A DNA stretch of 33,912 nt, taken from the NCBI GenBank assembly GCA_039589355.1, contig JBDHHM010000004.1, positions 1-33,912 on the forward strand, read 5' to 3'. The position numbers and the translations under genes were made by a program. A model generated the notes under the pieces. That model was not told where the DNA came from. It saw nothing but the letters and a program-made list of their open reading frames with translations, and searched no databases. Shown here piece by piece: positions 27,746 through 33,912 of the stretch (its first letter is position 1; every line of letters starts with the position of its first letter). The DNA is from Gemmatimonadota bacterium (GTDB lineage Bacteria > Gemmatimonadota > Gemmatimonadetes > Palauibacterales > KS3-K002).

Positions 27746-29922
27746 GATCGCTTGAGACGGGCCAGCCGCAGCGCATTGCCGGTGACGGCGAGTGAGGCCC
27801 CCATGTCGCCGACGAAGACGGCGGTGATCAAGGTGACCCAGCCGGGCAGGGTGCCGGCTGCGAGGGACAACTTGATGGCGATCGAAGCCGCGATGTTCTG
27901 TCGGATCACGGCGCCGCTGCGGCGCGAGAGGCGGAAGAGGTAGGGGAGGCAGCGGAGGTCATCGGCCATGAGGGCGACGTCGGCGGTCTCGAGAGCGACG
28001 TCGCTGCCGGCCGCGCCCATGGCGATTCCGACGCTCGCCGCGGCCAGCGCCGGCGCGTCGTTCACGCCGTCGCCGACCATCGCCACGGCACCGAGCTCGG
28101 CCTCCATTTCGCGGACGGCGGCGACCTTATCTTCGGGCAACAGACCTGCGTGGTACTCATCGACGCCGAGGCTCTGCGCCACGGTCCGCGCTGTAGCCTC
28201 GTGATCCCCGGTCAGCATGACGATCCGCGTTATCCCCAACCGGTGGAGTGCGGCGACCGTCTCCTTCGCGCCGTCGCGTTCACGGTCGGCGACGGCGAGC
28301 AGGCCGAGCACGCGCCCATCGGTCCCGACGCAGACGGGGGTGTGCCCGGCGGCGGCGAGGCGGTCGAGCTCGGCGGCCCAGGACACGACGGCGTCCCCGA
28401 AGAGCTCCGGTCTTCCGACCTTGTGCGGCACTCCATCGAGTCGTGCCTGAGCCCCGAGGCCGGGCAGCGCCTCGAAGTCGGTTATCTTGTGATCGTTCCC
28501 TACGTCTGTTTCCGCAGCGGCCTTGCGGATTGCCTCTGCGATGGGGTGCTCCGACCGTGCTTCGAGGGAGGCCGCGATGCTGAGAAGCTCCCTGTCGGAC
28601 GGGTCGGATCCGGCGGCGGTGCAGACTTCGACCACCGCTAGCTCGCCGCTGGTCAGCGTGCCGGTTTTGTCGAACGCGACGGCGCGGATCCGCGCCAGTG
28701 CCTCGAGGTGGACGCCTCCCTTGATCAGCACTCCGTTGCGGGCGGCGCTGGTGATTCCGCTCACCACGGCGACCGGCGTGGAGATGACCAGGGCGCACGG
28801 GCAGGAGATCACCAGCAACGTGAGACCACGCACAAACCAGGTAGCGAACGGCGCGTCCAGGACCAGTGGCGGGATCGTCATTACGACGAGAGCCAGCAGC
28901 GTGACCGCCGGAGTGTAGTAGCGGGCGAACTTCTCGACGTAACGCTCGCTGGGCGAGCGCGAGGCCTCCGCCTCCTCCACGAGGTGGATGATGTGCGCGA
29001 GTGTCGTGTCGCCGGCGCGTTTTGCAGCCTCGACCTCCAGATAGCCCTCGCAGTTCATCGTGCCTGCGTATACGTAGGCAGACGGTTCCACGGCCACCGG
29101 CATCGATTCACCGGTGATCGGGCTCTGGTCCACGGTCGAGCTGCCTTCCCGCACCCAGCCGTCGATCGGCACCTTTTCGCCGGGCATCACCTGGACCATG
29201 TCGCCCGGCTCGATCTCCTCCACGGGAACCGTCACGAACTCGCCGTCGCGGCGGACCCGCGCCTCTGCCGGCGCCAGGTCGAGCAGCTTTTCGAGGGAGC
29301 GGCGTGCCCGTTCCACGGAGTAGCGCTCCAACAACTCAGCGACCCCGAAAAGGAAAGCGATGCTCGCCGCCTCCACGTGCTCGCCGATCGCCAGCGCCCC
29401 GAAGATGGCGATCGTCATGAGAAAGTTCATGTCGAGCCGGACTATCCTGGCAGCGCGCAAGCCCTTCGGGAAGAAGTTCAACCCGCCGACTATGGCGGCG
29501 ATGATGTACAGCACGGCCGCGAGATCGATCGTCCAGGTGAACCCGCTCCAGAGGGTCGGGCTCAGACCCAGCAGTCGGAGCGCCAGCCCCGCCGCGATGC
29601 CCAGCCCCGAGACGTAGGTGCGCAGTGCAGCGCGGCCCCTCCACAGGCTCGGCTGCGCCAGGCGCTCGCCGATACTCAGCTCCTCTCCGTCGCTCTCCAC
29701 GGTGTAGCCGAGGGAGCGAACCGCATCCGCGATCGCCTGCTCCTCCATCCGCGACGGGTCGAAGCGAACCCGCAGATCCTTCGTGACGATACGGGTGTCG
29801 ACATGCTCGACGCCGTCCATTCCCTCGAGACGGGTGGAGATACGCAGCGCACAGGAGGCGCAGTCCATGTCCGGCACCCCGAGCACCAGTTCGCAGGAGG
29901 CCCGCTCGGTCACTTCGCTCAC
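27739..29922 (-). CDS. P1B-2 type heavy-metal (Zn/Cd/Pb) exporting ATPase, ZntA/CadA-like
   Basis: N-terminal MDCASC HMA domain, TGES, SCPC, DKTGT, SEHP, GDGVNDAP, Lys in TM7 and Asp in TM8 (GDMG). Confidence 0.93.
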   Translation of the reverse strand: MSEVTERASCELVLGVPDMDCASCALRISTRLEGMDGVEHVDTRIVTKDLRVRFDPSRMEEQAIADAVRSLGYTVESDGEELSIGERLAQPSLWRGRAALRTYVSGLGIAAGLALRLLGLSPTLWSGFTWTIDLAAVLYIIAAIVGGLNFFPKGLRAARIVRLDMNFLMTIAIFGALAIGEHVEAASIAFLFGVAELLERYSVERARRSLEKLLDLAPAEARVRRDGEFVTVPVEEIEPGDMVQVMPGEKVPIDGWVREGSSTVDQSPITGESMPVAVEPSAYVYAGTMNCEGYLEVEAAKRAGDTTLAHIIHLVEEAEASRSPSERYVEKFARYYTPAVTLLALVVMTIPPLVLDAPFATWFVRGLTLLVISCPCALVISTPVAVVSGITSAARNGVLIKGGVHLEALARIRAVAFDKTGTLTSGELAVVEVCTAAGSDPSDRELLSIAASLEARSEHPIAEAIRKAAAETDVGNDHKITDFEALPGLGAQARLDGVPHKVGRPELFGDAVVSWAAELDRLAAAGHTPVCVGTDGRVLGLLAVADRERDGAKETVAALHRLGITRIVMLTGDHEATARTVAQSLGVDEYHAGLLPEDKVAAVREMEAELGAVAMVGDGVNDAPALAAASVGIAMGAAGSDVALETADVALMADDLRCLPYLFRLSRRSGAVIRQNIAASIAIKLSLAAGTLPGWVTLITAVFVGDMGASLAVTGNALRLARLKRSD

Positions 29923-30311
29923 TCGAGCTCCTCACGGACGTGGTCCAGCCCGAGATCGAACAGTTGGGCCACGTGCTCGTCGTCCAGCGAGTAGTAGGTC
30001 AGCTTCCCGTCGCGCCGGTACCGCACGAGCCGCATCTGGCGCAGCTGACGCAGGTGGTGCGACACGGCGGAAGGACTCGCCCCGATGGCGGCCGCCAGGT
30101 CGCCGACGCAAAGCTCGCGCCCGGCCAGCGCCCTCACGATCTGCAGGCGCGTCGCGTTGGCGAGGATCTGGAAGGTGTCGGCGATGAGCGTGAGCTCCCG
30201 CTCGCCGCAGAGGGCGGCCTCGGCGGCGGCGACGGCCTCGGGATCGACGAGGTGGAGGTGGTGTGGATCGCCGGGAGGCGAACGTTTTTGGACGCGTGAA
30301 GAGTTTCTCAT
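29919..30311 (-). CDS. ArsR/SmtB-family metal-sensing repressor
   Basis: ELCVGDL, SPSAVSHHLRQL HTH and alpha5 site DEH-x10-H-x2-E; stop overlaps the ATPase GTG start; start codon uncertain. Confidence 0.9.
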   Translation of the reverse strand: MRNSSRVQKRSPPGDPHHLHLVDPEAVAAAEAALCGERELTLIADTFQILANATRLQIVRALAGRELCVGDLAAAIGASPSAVSHHLRQLRQMRLVRYRRDGKLTYYSLDDEHVAQLFDLGLDHVREELE

Positions 30312-30315
30312 ACGT
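30292..30315. promoter_or_regulatory. Candidate SmtB-type operator overlapping the repressor start codon
   Basis: acgcg-TGAAGA-gt-TTCTCA-tacgt is an imperfect inverted repeat resembling the SmtB 6-2-6 box TGAACA-GT-TATTCA. Confidence 0.55.
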
Positions 30316-30398
30316 TCATATAATAGCCGCCGCCACGACTCCGGCAAGGCCTCCCCGGCGCTTTGACTCCGGGGCCCCGCTCGCCTAGTTTCGCTCTC

Positions 30399-31091
30399 AT
30401 GTTCAAGCGGTTTCGCGAGAAGATCGAGCGCGCCCTAGAGCGCCGCGAGGCAGAGCGCCCACTCAGCCGGGACGAGGTCGACCGCCTGCTGCACGGCATG
30501 CGGGAGGAGCTCATAGAGATGAAGTCCCGCGTTCCACGCTTTGAGCGCCAGGCGATGGACCTGGACAAGCGTGCGGCCCAGCAGGTGCAGCGGGCGGAGT
30601 TGGCCTACAACAAAGCGCGTGAGTCGCAGGGATCGGGGAGCATGGACGAAGCGCACATGGCCACGGAGGCGGCCAGGGATGCGCTGACTCACGCCGAGGA
30701 TCTGCGCCGGCAGGCCGACGAGGCACGTGGCGAGGCGGAGCGACTGAAGGGCGAGTACGCCGAGAAGATGGACCAGCTGAAGGAAGCGGAGCGGAACCGC
30801 GACGTGCTGATCGCGCGTTCGCGCCGCGCCACTACCGCCCGAAAGCTTGACGACATGCTACGGGGTCCGGAGAGCGGTCTGGGGCGTTTCGAGCGGGCCG
30901 AGGATGATATCGACGCGGCGGAGGATCTGGCGGCTGCGGAGCGCGAGGTGAGTGAGGCATTAGGCGAGCGTCCGCCTGCGAAAGAGATCGAGACGGATTA
31001 CCAGCTGCGGCAGTTGGAGGCGGCGAAGGAAGCCGACGAGATCGAGGAGCGCCTGAAAGAGCTCAAGCGTCAGATGGAGGCGGAGGAGTAA
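30399..31091 (+). CDS. PspA/IM30-like coiled-coil protein
   Basis: MFKRF N-terminus, long Glu/Arg/Ala heptad helices, 'LIARSRRA', 'RFERAEDDI' and 'DEIEERLKELKRQM' C-terminus, all as in PspA. Confidence 0.7.
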   Translation: MFKRFREKIERALERREAERPLSRDEVDRLLHGMREELIEMKSRVPRFERQAMDLDKRAAQQVQRAELAYNKARESQGSGSMDEAHMATEAARDALTHAEDLRRQADEARGEAERLKGEYAEKMDQLKEAERNRDVLIARSRRATTARKLDDMLRGPESGLGRFERAEDDIDAAEDLAAAEREVSEALGERPPAKEIETDYQLRQLEAAKEADEIEERLKELKRQMEAEE

Positions 31092-31151
31092 GGGATTCGG
31101 GGATTCGGGGATTCGGGGATTCGGGGAGTTGGGGAGTTGGGGAAGTAGGGG
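31092..31151 (+). repeat. Octamer tandem repeat (GGGGATTC x4, GGGGAGTT x2) with eight G-tracts
   Basis: Directly visible 8-nt periodicity starting at the base after the stop codon; the first unit has only three G. Confidence 0.9.
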
Positions 31152-31174
31152 AACGCCGAGCACAGGAATACAGG

Positions 31175-31213
31175 ACGGTGAACATCGAGAACCTACTTCG
31201 ATGTTCACCGTTT
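31175..31213. terminator. Stem-loop / probable terminator between convergent genes
   Basis: Perfect 14 bp stem acggtgaacatcga / tcgatgttcaccgt with a 9 nt loop, followed by a short T-rich stretch. Confidence 0.65.
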
Positions 31214-31226
31214 CGTGTTTAGGTAT

Positions 31227-32732
31227 CTATGTTGCCGTGGACTGGTTCGCCGTGGCGTGGAACGGCTCCCACTTCTCGCGGGGCGGTTTCGCGGTGGCCA
31301 GGCTCACAAGGACCAGCGCCAGAATCGACGCTGTCGCCGCGGGTATGATGATGTAGTCGGTCTCCAGGAACGGCTCGCCGTGGGATCGCTGGTGGAACCA
31401 GTTGACGATGGTGATGAAGACCGTCACACCCATGCCGGCGACGATCGAAGACACGCCGCCTGCCGTCGTGGTTCGTCGCCAGAGGAACGCGGCGAGCAGG
31501 GCAGGTGTGATGCCGGCGCCTACCATAGTGTAGGCAGTGAAGGCCATCGCCAGGATGGTTGTGAACTGGGTTGCCAGCAGGAGCGCCACGACACCGAGTA
31601 CGGCGATCGATACCCGCTGGAAGAGGATGATCGCTCTGTCGTCGGCGTCGGGCTTGATGAATCGCTGGTAGATGTCGCGAGTCAGATTGGTGGCCGGCAC
31701 CATCAGGAATGTGTTGCCCGTCGAGAGAATGATCGCCACGCCACCCGACAGCAACAGCGCTCCCATGATCACCGGCAGGTTCTCGAAAGCCACCTGGAGG
31801 ATGATCGTTTCCGTGGTGGGCGCGTCATGCGCGAGGGCACCGGCCGCGGTCGCAGCGGCATCGACAAACGTCGGGTCATTCCAGTGGAGCGCCGATCCGA
31901 TAACTGAAACGGCGGCGAGCAGCGTCTCGATCACCACCACGCCGATGATCATCCCGATGACGGCCCGGCGCGCGGCGCGTTCGCTTTCCGCCGAGAAGAA
32001 TTTCTGGTAAATACTGCTTTCGCCCAAGAGCAGGAAGAATGTCGGGAAGAACACGCCCACGGCCCAGATCCAATTCCTGCTACCGAAAGCGGCGAAGTGG
32101 TCGGCGGGGATAGCCTCGGCCACACCGGTCCAGCCGCCGGCGGCGTTCAGGGCGAACGGGACGGCCAGGACCACCGATCCGATCATGACGATGCCGTTGA
32201 AAACATCGATGGAGACTATGGAGACCATCCCGGCGAGCAGAGTGAACATTATGATCACGCCGCACGTGATCATCGCGCCCAGCTCGGGGCTGACACCGCC
32301 GCTGGTGATGATGTTCAAAAGGCGGCCGCCGCCGCGGAACTGGTAGCCGGCGATCGAGACGTAGGCGATGATGACGGCGAGTGTGCCGAAGACGCGGGCC
32401 CACTTGTTGTAGCGCTTCTCAAGAATGTCGGGGACCGTGTACTCGGCGATCCGGCGGACTCGGTGCGCCAGAAAGTAGACGACGACGATCCCAACCCAGG
32501 CGCCAGCGCTCATCCACAGCTGTGAGAATCCCATCCTGAACGCCAGGCCGGCTCCACCGAACAGGCTGCCGGAGCCGACCCAGGTGCAGACCAGCGTTCC
32601 CACGAGCATCATGACCGGGACGTGGCGCCCGGCCACCATGAAATCCTCCTGGGTCTTGATGCGGCGCGACTTGGAGATGGCTACGCCGAACAGCAGGAGG
32701 ACGTACATCGCTATGACGGCGGTGTATACCAT
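31227..32732 (-). CDS. Sodium:solute symporter (SSS family)
   Basis: ATG 32732 with gggag RBS; EDFMVAGR, TWVGSGS..G.AG, TVPDILEKRY and YQKFFSA motifs; about 13 TM helices. Confidence 0.9.
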   Translation of the reverse strand: MVYTAVIAMYVLLLFGVAISKSRRIKTQEDFMVAGRHVPVMMLVGTLVCTWVGSGSLFGGAGLAFRMGFSQLWMSAGAWVGIVVVYFLAHRVRRIAEYTVPDILEKRYNKWARVFGTLAVIIAYVSIAGYQFRGGGRLLNIITSGGVSPELGAMITCGVIIMFTLLAGMVSIVSIDVFNGIVMIGSVVLAVPFALNAAGGWTGVAEAIPADHFAAFGSRNWIWAVGVFFPTFFLLLGESSIYQKFFSAESERAARRAVIGMIIGVVVIETLLAAVSVIGSALHWNDPTFVDAAATAAGALAHDAPTTETIILQVAFENLPVIMGALLLSGGVAIILSTGNTFLMVPATNLTRDIYQRFIKPDADDRAIILFQRVSIAVLGVVALLLATQFTTILAMAFTAYTMVGAGITPALLAAFLWRRTTTAGGVSSIVAGMGVTVFITIVNWFHQRSHGEPFLETDYIIIPAATASILALVLVSLATAKPPREKWEPFHATANQSTAT

Positions 32733-32864
32733 GTGGCTCTCCCGGTGGCTCGTTCCTGGGGCCCGCGGTGTCGGAAGCGGCGGCAACGTAAGGCGGGACG
32801 CGGCATGGTAGCAAGGGAGGCCGGCCGCCCTTGTCAGGGCCCGCGCGTGGCCTAGGATTGGGCC

Positions 32865-33470
32865 ATGACTGTGGAGATCTACGTCATGCGACATGGCGAA
32901 ACGGAGGCGAACGTCCGGCAGATTCTGATCGGGCGTGAGGATTCGCCGTTCACCGAATCCGGCTGGCAACAGCCGGTGGAGGTAGCCCGGCATCTTGTGG
33001 GTCGAGATCTGGCACGCATCTACTCTAGCCCGATGGATCGGACGCAGAAGACGGCGGCCCTCGTGCAGGAGACGCTCGATCGACCCATCCCGATCGAGTT
33101 GGAGAAGGCCATCGCCGAGATCGATGCGGGCGAGTTCAGCGGACTCAGCTTCCCGGAGGTGCGGAGCCGGGTTCCGAGCGATGCGATACTCGGACAGTTT
33201 CACTACCCCGGTGGCGAATCGTGGCGTTGTGTGCAGGAGCGGGCGGTTTCGTTCGTCTACGGGTTAGAAGCTCGTCACGCTGGCGATGCCGTGCTGCTGG
33301 TGACTCACGCCGGCGTTATCGCCGGTTTGGTGGCGGAATACGTGGGTGAACCCATCGAGCAGTACATCCGGACCCGCTTCGGTCACGACTTCCTCGGCCG
33401 TATCGTCCTGGAGGGCGGAACGCTGACGGGCTACGAGAAGATCGTCGGTACGGTGGACAGTTGGATTTGA
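32865..33470 (+). CDS. Histidine phosphatase (phosphoglycerate mutase-like) family protein
   Basis: RHGET, YSSPMDR, EIDAGEF, PGGES and LVTHAGVI motifs. Confidence 0.92.
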   Translation: MTVEIYVMRHGETEANVRQILIGREDSPFTESGWQQPVEVARHLVGRDLARIYSSPMDRTQKTAALVQETLDRPIPIELEKAIAEIDAGEFSGLSFPEVRSRVPSDAILGQFHYPGGESWRCVQERAVSFVYGLEARHAGDAVLLVTHAGVIAGLVAEYVGEPIEQYIRTRFGHDFLGRIVLEGGTLTGYEKIVGTVDSWI

Positions 33471-33503
33471 GCTGGGAAAACAACCTGGATGCCGGAGGGT
33501 CTG

Positions 33504-33912
33504 ATGACTATAACAGTGCGCGCTCGGCGGATCGCTGCGATGGTGCTTGTACTAGTGCTTGTAGGCTGCGCACCCGGCGAGCGTGCTGCTGAGCAGGCGG
33601 ACGAGGCGGTCCCGGCGGCCCCGGCGGCGGAGGCTGCGATAGCCGACGAGAGCGGCGCGGTTCCGGAGGAGGGGGCCGCCGCGGCAGCGGAGCCGCAAGC
33701 AGGCACGCCTGAGGTGGCCGTCCCAGACGCCGCGGCCGAGGGACCGGGTGCCGTTGCTCCGGCCGAGGAAGGCGAGGCTCGAGTTATGCGCAACTGGGTG
33801 CTGCTCGAGTTCAGCCGTCCGGTGGAGGAGGCCGACTTGGAGTGGCTGGAGGCGAACGGCTTTCGGGTGGACTCGGTGATGAGTGAGCTGCGGGTGCGAG
33901 GTTGGCTCGAGC
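33504..33912 (+). CDS. Putative lipoprotein, 3' part outside window (absent from the ORF track because it has no stop)
   Basis: ggaggg RBS, ATG 33504, MTITVRARRIAAMVLVLVLVG-C lipobox, Ala/Glu/Pro-rich linker, then a folded domain starting NWVLLEF; open to the window end. Confidence 0.7.
   Translation, partial: MTITVRARRIAAMVLVLVLVGCAPGERAAEQADEAVPAAPAAEAAIADESGAVPEEGAAAAAEPQAGTPEVAVPDAAAEGPGAVAPAEEGEARVMRNWVLLEFSRPVEEADLEWLEANGFRVDSVMSELRVRGWLE

Noticed and set aside
32733-33203. N-terminal extension of the SSS transporter ORF
   Set aside because: It is antisense to the histidine phosphatase; the real start with RBS is at 32732.

Overview
GC-rich, gene-dense bacterial window with no rRNA, tRNA, CRISPR array or transposase that I could recognise. 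The lineage is probably Gemmatimonadota-like, which is an inference only. The centre (9.3-27.4 kb) appears to encode a complete trans-envelope extracellular electron transfer chain. It contains two paralogous 9-heme lipoprotein cytochromes, an outer-membrane beta-barrel translationally coupled to a 10-heme OmaB-like periplasmic cytochrome (a porin-cytochrome conduit), two 4-heme periplasmic cytochromes, and a 19-heme CbcL-like cytochrome c/cytochrome b inner-membrane protein. That is 55 CxxCH motifs in six cytochrome genes. A full set of [NiFe]-hydrogenase maturation genes lies inside the cluster as two convergent operons (hypABF and hypCDE), with no hydrogenase subunit gene in the window. The flanks carry metal transport and sensing genes (CDF, ZIP, P1B-ATPase with an SmtB-type repressor), a diguanylate cyclase, DASS and SSS transporters, a PspA-like protein and a histidine phosphatase. 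Non-coding features include a ~190 bp CTAG-bounded nested-palindrome element, heptamer inverted-repeat arrays between convergent genes, and a G-tract octamer repeat.
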